Positions 55,665-64,000 of a stretch of 64,000 nucleotides of DNA are shown piece by piece. This stretch comes from an uncultured Selenomonadales bacterium. GTDB lineage: Bacteria; Bacillota; Clostridia; Christensenellales; QALW01. Position numbers and translations under genes: made by a program. The stretch lies in the NCBI GenBank assembly GCA_905200615.1, contig CAJKLB010000001.1:4543-68542 (forward strand), written 5' to 3'. The notes below the pieces were generated by a model that saw only the letters and a program-made list of their open reading frames with translations, was not told where the DNA came from and made no database searches. Each line of letters starts with the position of its first letter. Within the stretch, counting starts at the first letter, position 1.

Positions 55665-56300
55665 ATGGAGTATAAAACACTTGCTTCCGCCGGAAGCTTT
55701 GAACAAGTTCTGCAAAAGTCTACGTTTATCGCCTTGGCGGATATCGCCCAGGATGAACAGCAGGCTCTTGCGGTAATAAACAGCCAAAAAAAGCGCTATC
55801 CTGACGCGCGCCATCACTGCTGGGCCTACCGGTTAGGGCCTGCCGGTGAAGCTGTGCGCTGCAGCGATGACGGAGAGCCGCAGGGCACCGCCGGTGTACC
55901 CATTCTTGAATGCTTGAAAAAAAAGAATATTACCAATGCCGTTGTTGTAGTCACGCGCTACTTCGGCGGTATTCTTTTGGGTACAGGCGGACTTACGCGG
56001 GCTTATGCCTCCGGCGCGGCCGGCGCGCTTGACGCCGCAGGAACATCCTGTATGGTACAAAGCGTAAAATTCGAAGTTTCTATGGATTATACCCAATTTG
56101 CCTATAGTGAACATATCATAAAAAATACGGACTACATTGTCTTGAAATCGGTTGATTTTTCAGAATGCGTTTACCTGCACTGCATCGTTCGCCAAAAAGA
56201 TGAAGACCGTTTTGAAAAAGAAATCGCTTCCCTGACAAACGGGCGTGCTCGCTGTCAAAAGACAGACGCGTTATACTATTCATGGGAGGAAAAGCAATGA
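55665..56300 (+). CDS. yigZ: IMPACT/YigZ-family protein
   Basis: ARHHCWAYRLG...DDGEPQGTAG..IL... and VVVTRYFGGILLGTGGL. Confidence 0.8.
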   Translation: MEYKTLASAGSFEQVLQKSTFIALADIAQDEQQALAVINSQKKRYPDARHHCWAYRLGPAGEAVRCSDDGEPQGTAGVPILECLKKKNITNAVVVVTRYFGGILLGTGGLTRAYASGAAGALDAAGTSCMVQSVKFEVSMDYTQFAYSEHIIKNTDYIVLKSVDFSECVYLHCIVRQKDEDRFEKEIASLTNGRARCQKTDALYYSWEEKQ

Positions 56301-57691
56301 AAAGCATGAATATGACGCAGGGGCCGATACTCAAACAGCTGATTTTGTTTGCCGTACCGATTTATTTGACCAACCTCCTGCAAAACCTTTACAATGCGGC
56401 CGATTCTCTTATCGTGGGTCAGTTTTGCGGAGGGAACGCCCTCGCGGCGGTAGGAACTACCGCGCCGATCTGTTGGTGTTTGATCGGTCTGTTTTTAGGG
56501 GTATCTACCGGCGGAAGCGTAGTCGTATCCAGATATTTTGGGGCCGGCGACAGTCACGGCGTACACCGGGCGGTACATACAGGTATTTTATTGAGTATGG
56601 TCTGCGGCATGCTGATTTCCGTTTTAGGTGTTCTGTTCACGCCGTCCATCCTGCATTTAATGAATACAGACCCTGTCATTTTAGAAGACGCGCAAAGATA
56701 TCTGCGAATCTATTTCGGAGGTTCCTTCTTTTTAATTGTATATAATATGGGAGCGGGTATTCTGCGGGCGGTAGGCGATTCCCGAAGGCCGTTGATTTTT
56801 TTAGGCTGCGCGGCAATGACAAATGTAGTGCTGGACTTATTGTTTGTAGGTGTTTTTCGTTGGGGAGTAGCCGGCGCGGCTTTTGCCACCATAGGATCCC
56901 AGCTCGTTTCCGCGGTTTTAGTGATTGCTACTTTGATACGCAGCCACGGTAGTTTTCAGCTGGTGCCCAAAAAGCTTAAATTTACCGCCTGCGATACCGC
57001 GGCGATCCTTAAAGTAGGTTTGCCGGCGGGACTGCAGACGGCCATTATCAACGTTTCCAATATCATTATTCAAACGTTTATTAATTCCTACGGCGCCGCT
57101 GCTACGGCCGGCAGCACAGCCGCCAGCAAGCTGGATGATTTTATTCTGATCATCTCCAGCAGCATCGGTCTGGCGCTGATGACTTTCGCCGGTCAGAATA
57201 TCGGCGCGGGCGATTTTAAACGGGTAAAAAAAGGCACGATGACCGCCCTGATCCTCACAGTAGTGCTGATGTTTTCTTTAGGGATGCTTGCCTCTCTGTT
57301 TCGCTACCAGCTGGTGGAACTGTTTGTAAATCAAGAAGATCCGAATATTCAAGAAATCGTGGCATTCGGCGCTTCCAAAGTATTTTTTGTTGCTACTTTC
57401 TATTTTATTATCGGAATCAGCGATATTCTTTCCGCCACGCTTCGCAGCTGCGGCAGCCCGATTTTCCCGATGATTTCTTCTTTCTTATGGATGTGCGCGT
57501 TCCGTATCGTATGGATTTACTGGCTGCGATTCCTGATTCCGGTAACCGATACGGCCAGTATTGACAGTATTTTTATTGTTTATCCCATAACTTTTGTACT
57601 GACGGCGTCTACCCTGTTGCTGTACTATTGCTTCGGTCCGTGGAGAAAAAAGCTGCAGATGCGCTGCGAAAAGACCGGCAATCCGGCTTAA
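56297..57691 (+). CDS. MATE-family efflux transporter
   Basis: I place the start at ATG 56297 (ATGA overlap with yigZ, GGGAGGA RBS). ILKQLILFAVPIYLTNLLQNLYNAADSLIVGQF and 12 TM segments. Confidence 0.85.
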   Translation: MKSMNMTQGPILKQLILFAVPIYLTNLLQNLYNAADSLIVGQFCGGNALAAVGTTAPICWCLIGLFLGVSTGGSVVVSRYFGAGDSHGVHRAVHTGILLSMVCGMLISVLGVLFTPSILHLMNTDPVILEDAQRYLRIYFGGSFFLIVYNMGAGILRAVGDSRRPLIFLGCAAMTNVVLDLLFVGVFRWGVAGAAFATIGSQLVSAVLVIATLIRSHGSFQLVPKKLKFTACDTAAILKVGLPAGLQTAIINVSNIIIQTFINSYGAAATAGSTAASKLDDFILIISSSIGLALMTFAGQNIGAGDFKRVKKGTMTALILTVVLMFSLGMLASLFRYQLVELFVNQEDPNIQEIVAFGASKVFFVATFYFIIGISDILSATLRSCGSPIFPMISSFLWMCAFRIVWIYWLRFLIPVTDTASIDSIFIVYPITFVLTASTLLLYYCFGPWRKKLQMRCEKTGNPA

Positions 57692-57728
57692 TTTTATGTT
57701 TTACATTAAAAAAAGAAAGGTGTTTTTT

Positions 57729-59708
57729 ATGCTGCACACAAATAAACCCCCGTATTTAGGCGCTGCCTATTATCCTGAACTTTGGCCCGCTGAGGAAATC
57801 GACAAGGATATCCGTCAAATGAAAGAAGCCGGCTGCAACCTGATGCGCATCGGTGAATTTGCCTGGATCGCTATGGAGCCGCAGGAGGGCGTTTTTCAGT
57901 TTGATTGGCTGCAGAACGTATTGGACAAGCTCCATCAGGCAGATATTGCCGTAATCCTCTGTACTCCCACGGCTACCCCTCCGCAGTGGCTTACTACCAA
58001 ATATCCCGAAACGCTGCTGATGTATCCGGACGGATCCCGTAAGCCGCACGGATCCCGCAGGCATAATTGTCCCAACAATCCGAAAATGTGCGAAAAAAAT
58101 CGTATCATCGTTACCGAGCTGGCCAAACGTTTCGGCCGGCATCCGGCCGTGGTCGGTTGGCAAATCGATAACGAGGTATATCCGTATTCCGCCTGCTGGT
58201 GTCCGGTTTGCCGCGAAGGATTCCGGCAGTATTTGCAACAGCGCTACGGAACAATTGAAGCCTTTAACGCGGCGCTGGATCTTGCCCGCTGGAGTATCAG
58301 TTATGATTCCTTTGCCAGCATCGAACCTCCGCGGGAATGGGCGCATCCTTCAATAAAAGCTCTGTGGTTTGATTTTCAATGTGACAGCTGGATCGCGTTT
58401 ATTCATGAACAAGCGGATCTTCTTCGCCAATATTCCTCCGCGCCCATCGGCACCGATTCTATGCCGGTTATGGGACACAACTATCCCAAACTGATGCAAA
58501 AATTGGATGTGGTGCAGTTTAATCATTACAATGATTTTGATCATCCCGATTCCGCGCTGTCAAAAACCGTTTTGTGGTTCAACTATCTGCGGAATTTAAA
58601 ACCGGGCGTTCCCTTTTGGAACACAGAAACCCAAGCCAATTGGAACGGCTCTACCTATAATCCTCTGGGCGTGCGACAGGAAGGCTTCTGCCATGTAAAT
58701 TCCTGGCTGCCTATTGCCCTGGGGGGAGAAATGAACCTCTACTGGCACTGGCGGGCGCATCCGGCGGGACATGAAATCGTGCATGGTTCGGTGGTATCGG
58801 CCTGCGGTCGCTTTCTGTATTCTATTGATGAAATTCAGCGCACCAGCCGTGAAATGGAAGCAGCGGCCGATTTTCTTGCCCAAACAAAACCAACGGCCGA
58901 GGCGGCGTTACACTGCAGCTACAGTGCTTGGAACGCTTTTGCGCAAATTCCGTATTATTCCTATAAAGAAGATCCGAACAGCTACATAAAAGATCTTTCC
59001 GCCTGCGTGCACGATCCCCTGATTTTCCGCTGCCATATTCCCGTGGATGTCATCAGTCAGCAGGCAGATCTCACAGGTTATAAGGTTTTGTTTTCGCCCT
59101 TGCTGCCCATTATAGAGGATATCCAAAAGATCACGGAGTTTGTGAAAAACGGCGGCGTCTGGGTAGTAGGCCCGGCCAGCGATTTTTTAAACGAAAATCT
59201 TCGCCGAAGCGTAACGGACGTATTCTATCATTTGGAAAAGCTGGCCGGTATCTATTGCAAATATCAGCTGCCCAATGATAACCTCGCGTATGATATCACC
59301 TTTGCCGACGGTGAAAAATGCGAAGGCAGTCTATGCTATGACGGATTTATCGCCGAAAAAGAGCAAACGCTCGCTTCTTACCAAAACGGTCCTTTAAAAG
59401 GCCTTGCCGCCATTACACAGACTTTTTTGGGAAAAGGAAAAATCATTGTGCTGGGAACCATGCCCAAAGGCGCTTCACTGAAAAAATTGCTCAAAGAGCT
59501 GCCGATTTCCCGTTGCTGCAACGCATCGGAAAATCTGCTCGCGGTTCCCCGTTTTGGTGACAGAAGGCGCGGAATGATTGTAGCCGAACTTTTTAACCGG
59601 CCGGGACGTCTCTTTTTGGAAAAGCCCTGTACGGATATTCTGACAGGACGCCGTCTGGAAGGGGAAATTCCTGTTTCCGCCACGGAAGTGCTTGTTTTGG
59701 AAGAATAA
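57729..59708 (+). CDS. GH42 beta-galactosidase
   Basis: I place the start at ATG 57729. GAAYYPELWP, NLMRIGEFAW, GWQIDNE and the Cys cluster (CWCPVC). Confidence 0.85.
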   Translation: MLHTNKPPYLGAAYYPELWPAEEIDKDIRQMKEAGCNLMRIGEFAWIAMEPQEGVFQFDWLQNVLDKLHQADIAVILCTPTATPPQWLTTKYPETLLMYPDGSRKPHGSRRHNCPNNPKMCEKNRIIVTELAKRFGRHPAVVGWQIDNEVYPYSACWCPVCREGFRQYLQQRYGTIEAFNAALDLARWSISYDSFASIEPPREWAHPSIKALWFDFQCDSWIAFIHEQADLLRQYSSAPIGTDSMPVMGHNYPKLMQKLDVVQFNHYNDFDHPDSALSKTVLWFNYLRNLKPGVPFWNTETQANWNGSTYNPLGVRQEGFCHVNSWLPIALGGEMNLYWHWRAHPAGHEIVHGSVVSACGRFLYSIDEIQRTSREMEAAADFLAQTKPTAEAALHCSYSAWNAFAQIPYYSYKEDPNSYIKDLSACVHDPLIFRCHIPVDVISQQADLTGYKVLFSPLLPIIEDIQKITEFVKNGGVWVVGPASDFLNENLRRSVTDVFYHLEKLAGIYCKYQLPNDNLAYDITFADGEKCEGSLCYDGFIAEKEQTLASYQNGPLKGLAAITQTFLGKGKIIVLGTMPKGASLKKLLKELPISRCCNASENLLAVPRFGDRRRGMIVAELFNRPGRLFLEKPCTDILTGRRLEGEIPVSATEVLVLEE

Positions 59709-59926
59709 AACTTTACCGTACCGAAAAAGTCTTAATTCCATTTAAAAAGCGTTTCTGAGCGTTTAAAAAGGTATAAAAAACAGCACAATTCGACGATCTG
59801 TTTTTTTAGATCTTTACACTGTAAATTGAAAAAAAAAGTAAATTTTTGAAATGTACTTGATATTTTTTTCAAGACATGTTATCATATAAACAGTAGTAAT
59901 ATGATATTTACAGGAGGTACAGTTAT

Positions 59927-60943
59927 ATGGCTTCTCACGCAAAATACGCACGAAGAAGAAGAAACGCATTTCTTGCGGCAATCGCATTGGCGTTGCTGTT
60001 TATTATTGTAGTTATTTTAATTATTGTAGGGATTTCAAAGCGGAGCAGTACACCTTCAGGTGACGCGAACATTCCGACGGCTACTACCCCTGCCGGAACA
60101 TTGCCTACCCCTACTCCTACCCTTATACCGGATGATACCACGGATGATCCGGATATTTCTCCATCACCTTCCGCCGCGACAGGTACAAGAATGTACGTAA
60201 CCGGCGATACGGTAAATGTGCGAAAAGAAGCGTCCACCTCTTCGGATAAGATTACCGCGCTGGATAAAGGCACATCGGTAACCGCCTATGAGCTTTCCGG
60301 TGATTTTTATCAGGTAAAACTTTCTAACGGTGAAATAGGTTATATCTCTAAAAACTATCTCTCTACAACCAATCCGGCAAATAATCCGACGGCGTCCAAT
60401 TCTCCCACACCTACGCCGGACACGTCAAACGGAAAGACCATGTACGTTACGGGAGACTCCGTCAATGTTCGCGCCGCAGCTTCTTCCAGCGGCACGAAGT
60501 TGACCAGCTTAAAAAAAGGCGCGCAGGTGACGGCCTACGTAAACCAAAACGGATGGTATTATATTCAGTATCAAAGCAAAAAGTACGGTTATATCAGCGC
60601 TTCCTATCTTTCAGCCGAAGCTCCGAACACCGCAACACCTACGCCCACTCCGACACCTACGCCCACAAAACCGCCTACACCCGGGAACTGGGATCAAGTA
60701 AAAGGTCTTCCGCAGAGTGTTTACGCGAACTTCGGCACTTCCGTGAGCACCCAGAATGCTTATTTAAATCAGACGAAAGTTGATCAAACGGTTTCATCGG
60801 GAACTTTCAATGCCTATGAATATTATAAGATTCAAAAAAACGACGGCGATTATTATTATATAGCCATAGAGTCAGGAAACCCGGACGCAAAAGCGTATAT
60901 TTACGATACTCTTGAAGATATTCCGGGCAGCCCGCAAACCTGA
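59927..60943 (+). CDS. Membrane-anchored protein with two SH3b domains and Pro/Thr linkers
   Basis: TM segment FLAAIALALLFIIVVILIIVGI. There are two copies of MYVTGD.VNVR...S...K.T.L.KG..VTAY.....Y..., then TPTPTPTPTPTKPP. Confidence 0.75.
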   Translation: MASHAKYARRRRNAFLAAIALALLFIIVVILIIVGISKRSSTPSGDANIPTATTPAGTLPTPTPTLIPDDTTDDPDISPSPSAATGTRMYVTGDTVNVRKEASTSSDKITALDKGTSVTAYELSGDFYQVKLSNGEIGYISKNYLSTTNPANNPTASNSPTPTPDTSNGKTMYVTGDSVNVRAAASSSGTKLTSLKKGAQVTAYVNQNGWYYIQYQSKKYGYISASYLSAEAPNTATPTPTPTPTPTKPPTPGNWDQVKGLPQSVYANFGTSVSTQNAYLNQTKVDQTVSSGTFNAYEYYKIQKNDGDYYYIAIESGNPDAKAYIYDTLEDIPGSPQT

Positions 60944-60950
60944 TAAAAAC

Positions 60951-60984
60951 AAAAAGAGCGCTGTTTGTACCGCGCTCTTTTTTA
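60951..60984 (+). terminator. Rho-independent terminator
   Basis: AAAAAGAGCGC-TGTTTGTACC-GCGCTCTTTTTT. Confidence 0.75.
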
Positions 60985-61059
60985 AAACATATCCGTATTT
61001 GTAGAAGGTTGAAAGAAACGGTGCATTTGGGATGAAAAACATAAAAAAAGGAGGCGCAT

Positions 61060-62571
61060 ATGAAAAAAGCATGCATACTGTTTATCGCGATGTGTGTTCT
61101 GTTTTGCTCATGTGAGCCCGGGCCGTCAGGCCAAGATCTTCCGATGCCGACGGATAATGTTTCGTTTTTCAGTGAAAGGCAGGCGATTTTTCCCTTTTAC
61201 TGTATCGGCGTAGATAACAAACTGTGGCGGGTACAAAGCAACGGTTCCCTTTGCAGCCAAGTGCAGGTAAATTACTCTCTGCAGGGTACGGAGCTGAGCT
61301 ATGTATATCCCGTACCAGGAACCGATATCGTACTATACGCGACAGATCTGATTACAGAAAACGGTACGGTTTTGTGCTCTTTGGGCTATTGGAACGGTTC
61401 GGATCCGGCAATCAAGTTAGCGGAAAATATTCGGTTTAACAGTCTTTGCGTCAATGAGTTTGGTTCGGTTTTGTTTATTGATGAGGAAAATACGCTTTAT
61501 CTGTATCAAGATGACATATGCTCTAAAATAGAAGCAAATGTAGCACAGGCTGTATTCGTGGGTGAGGAGACCTTTTTATATCGTTTGGCGGTGGGAGAAT
61601 ATATCAGCGGAGAATTCAGTTATCCGATTTACGCGGCAACGGCTGATTACAGAAATTATTTAATGAGCGCTTTAGATATTGCCTCGGTAGACAGCAGCAA
61701 TGGGCGGGCTTTTTTAATAAAAAACAAACATACCGTGCAAAAACGCGCCGCTACGGCGGAAGCAGCCGATTGTTATATATATGCCAACGGAGAAATTCTG
61801 TTCAATATTCCGTCGGTATTGCTTTCACAGCTGACGGAAGATACCACCCATATGGTATTGCTCTCCTGTGATGAGGCCAAAACAACACTGCAGTATAATC
61901 TTTTTCGTATTGACGGAGATGAACCGATACTGATTTCCTCAGCAGTATTATCCGGGAGGTATGCTTCAAGCGACCGAACAACCTTTGTATATGAAACAGC
62001 ACAGGAGGACATGATAAAAACAAACCTTTTGAATCAATCCAATGCGATTATCCCGCTGTCCTTCGAAAATCCGTTTTCATTGGAAAATATTTATTTTTGC
62101 GCGCCATACTTGTATCTGTTTTCCGGGGGTGTTTTATCGGTACTGGATACAACCGTTTCCGGCAGCGGATTTGAGAAGCTGGCCGTTGGATTTTCCTCTG
62201 TACGTCTGAGCGGAAGTTCACTGATCTGTTTTCAGGGAAATCAGCCGCCCTACAGCGTATGGGTTTGCAACGGCAAACAAGTTGTTTTGCTTGCTTCCGA
62301 CGCTATCAATGATATCTTTTTTTATGAAGACGGATATCTTTATTATTATACCGGCGAAAAAAATTTTTATAATATCTCAATGGCATCTTCTGACGGAATA
62401 AAAATCGCGTATATCAGCAATGTTGATACGCAAATCGGCTTTCTCGCGGGTGAAACTTATGTAGCTGCCGCAAAAAAAGATGATAAAAGCTTATATATCG
62501 CGCATATAAATGGATTTATGGATACAAAAATACAAATAAAGAAAATCATTTCTCAAAAGGAGGTAACATAA
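61060..62571 (+). CDS. Lipoprotein, repetitive beta-rich (propeller-like), unknown function
   Basis: AGGAGG RBS. Lipobox LFCSC. The stop codon is immediately followed by the nfeD start. Confidence 0.6.
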   Translation: MKKACILFIAMCVLFCSCEPGPSGQDLPMPTDNVSFFSERQAIFPFYCIGVDNKLWRVQSNGSLCSQVQVNYSLQGTELSYVYPVPGTDIVLYATDLITENGTVLCSLGYWNGSDPAIKLAENIRFNSLCVNEFGSVLFIDEENTLYLYQDDICSKIEANVAQAVFVGEETFLYRLAVGEYISGEFSYPIYAATADYRNYLMSALDIASVDSSNGRAFLIKNKHTVQKRAATAEAADCYIYANGEILFNIPSVLLSQLTEDTTHMVLLSCDEAKTTLQYNLFRIDGDEPILISSAVLSGRYASSDRTTFVYETAQEDMIKTNLLNQSNAIIPLSFENPFSLENIYFCAPYLYLFSGGVLSVLDTTVSGSGFEKLAVGFSSVRLSGSSLICFQGNQPPYSVWVCNGKQVVLLASDAINDIFFYEDGYLYYYTGEKNFYNISMASSDGIKIAYISNVDTQIGFLAGETYVAAAKKDDKSLYIAHINGFMDTKIQIKKIISQKEVT

Positions 62572-63075
62572 ATGGAATTTCTTCTTTCCATCCCCATAGC
62601 GGTTACCGTCGCGGCCTTGATAGTAGGAACGGCTCTGCTGCTTCTGGAATGCTTTATTCCCGGATTCGGTGTACCGGGAATTACCGGCGGAATCCTGGTT
62701 CTGTTTGCTATTATCGCGCTGATTCCGCGCATCGGCTGGTATGTGATTTTGGTTGCTTTGGCGGTAATTTTGCTTATTATTTTCGCAATTTATACTTTCG
62801 CGCAAAGCGCCGATAAAGGAAGGAATCCTCTTGTGCTCGGCGCAAGAACGGATAAGGCTTCCGGTTTTTCCGCCAATGACGATAATCGTAATTTAATCAA
62901 TAAAGAGGGCATCGCCATTACGCAGCTGCGCCCGGCGGGTATCGCTTTGATAGACGGAAACCGAGTGGATGTTGTAACCAACGGTGATTTTATCGAGGTC
63001 AATGAGCCGATTAAGGTGATTGATATCGAGGGACGCCGTATTATTGTAAAAAAAATAGAAGGAGGTAACAATTAA
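62572..63075 (+). CDS. NfeD-family membrane protein (short form)
   Basis: N-terminal TM helices followed by a C-terminal OB-like domain (GIAITQLRPAGIALIDGNRVDVVTNGDFIEVNEPIKVIDIEGRRIIVKK). It sits directly upstream of floA. Confidence 0.8.
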   Translation: MEFLLSIPIAVTVAALIVGTALLLLECFIPGFGVPGITGGILVLFAIIALIPRIGWYVILVALAVILLIIFAIYTFAQSADKGRNPLVLGARTDKASGFSANDDNRNLINKEGIAITQLRPAGIALIDGNRVDVVTNGDFIEVNEPIKVIDIEGRRIIVKKIEGGNN

Positions 63076-64000
63076 ATGTTACAAGTACTTGCAGGCTTAT
63101 CTTTTGATCCCGTCATCGCCATTATTGTCTTGGTTGTGGTGCTGATCGTTCTGATGCTGTTTTTCAGGCTGTTCCCGATCGGCATGTGGATGACCGCCAT
63201 CTTCTCCGGTGTAAGAGTCGGTATTTTTCAGTTGGCTACCATGCGATTCCGCAGGGTAAATCCGGCAAGAATCGTATATCCGATGATTCAAGCTACCAAA
63301 GCCGGTCTCGATTTAGATATGAGCAAACTGGAAGCACATCTTCTGGCAAAAGGAAATGTGGAAAAAGTAGTCAACGCTTTGATCGCTGCGCAGCGCGCCG
63401 ACATTCCGCTGAATTTTGAGCGGGCGGCCGCTATCGACCTGGCCGGCCGTGATGTGCTGACTGCCGTACAGATGAGCGTAAATCCCAAGGTAATTGAAAC
63501 GCCGATTATTGCCGCTATTGCCAAAGACGGCATTGAGCTGCGTGCCAAAGCCCGTGTTACCGTCCGCGCGAACATCGATCGTTTAGTCGGCGGCGCGGGA
63601 GAGGAGACCATTATTGCCCGTGTAGGCGAAGGTATCGTTACTACTGCCGGCAGCGCCGAAAGCCACAAAGCCGTTCTGGAAAATCCTGATTTAATCTCCC
63701 GAACCGTTTTAGGCAAAGGTCTTGACGCCGGTACCGCTTTTGAAATTCTTTCCATTGATATTGCCGACGTTGACGTGGGCCGCAATATCGGCGCGCAGCT
63801 GCAAATGGATCAGGCGGAAGCCGATAAGAAAATCGCGCAGGCCAAAGCCGAGGAACGCAGAGCAATGGCTGTTGCGCGTGAGCAGGAAATGAAAGCGCAG
63901 GTACAGGAAATGCGCGCGAAAGTGGTAGAAGCGGAAGCGGAAGTTCCCAAAGCCATGGCCGCCGCATTAAAAGAAGGAAAACTGGGGGTAATGGATTATT
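63076..64000 (+). CDS. floA: Flotillin-like protein FloA (UPF0365/YqfA family), partial at the window end
   Basis: The ATG at 63076 has an AAGGAGG RBS, and the frame is open to the window end (not in the ORF track because there is no stop). ...[23 protein letters not shown]..., [25 protein letters not shown] and [13 protein letters not shown] are present. Confidence 0.85.
   Translation, partial: MLQVLAGLSFDPVIAIIVLVVVLIVLMLFFRLFPIGMWMTAIFSGVRVGIFQLATMRFRRVNPARIVYPMIQATKAGLDLDMSKLEAHLLAKGNVEKVVNALIAAQRADIPLNFERAAAIDLAGRDVLTAVQMSVNPKVIETPIIAAIAKDGIELRAKARVTVRANIDRLVGGAGEETIIARVGEGIVTTAGSAESHKAVLENPDLISRTVLGKGLDAGTAFEILSIDIADVDVGRNIGAQLQMDQAEADKKIAQAKAEERRAMAVAREQEMKAQVQEMRAKVVEAEAEVPKAMAAALKEGKLGVMDY

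Noticed and set aside
63288-63967. Minus-strand ORFs of 165 and 108 aa
   Set aside because: They are antisense to the well-supported floA frame, are Ala/Arg/Ser/Pro-rich and have no RBS.

Overview
The window looks like chromosomal DNA from a Gram-positive, moderate-GC Firmicute. A Clostridia or Oscillospirales-type anaerobe is my inference, based on GGAGG-type RBSs, lipoboxes, dockerin and cohesin-like modules and an IPMS-type Re-citrate-synthase homologue. I can support about 50 protein genes, one tRNA and no rRNA, CRISPR array or intact IS element. Most of the content is housekeeping (typA, tyrS, trpS, thrC, lgt, ispE, pncB, floA/nfeD) or carbohydrate and amino-acid uptake and use (lacI-xylA-xylB, D-lyxose/mannose isomerase plus PfkB kinase, GH42, a DUF4038/GH140-like hydrolase, an amino-acid ABC system, an AGCS symporter and a uracil permease behind a PyrR-like attenuator). 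The left 3 kb is AT-richer and looks like the end of a decayed integrated element abutting the 3' end of an initiator tRNA-Met gene. It carries a 5'-truncated phage-type phosphoesterase and a self-contained two-gene cassette of unknown function. I do not see a clear-cut known defence or mobile system. The observations I consider most worth follow-up are: (1) an apparently circularly permuted family-3 solute-binding lipoprotein, next to a permease with a large novel extracytoplasmic N-terminal domain; (2) a two-gene pair in which a dockerin-bearing SH3b-GH73 peptidoglycan hydrolase sits beside a membrane-anchored cohesin-like protein; (3) the promoter-to-terminator unknown cassette in the tRNA-adjacent island; (4) an irregular T-arm in the initiator tRNA, on the side facing the island; (5) several structured non-coding stretches. 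All functional calls come from reading motifs by eye, and no database search was run.
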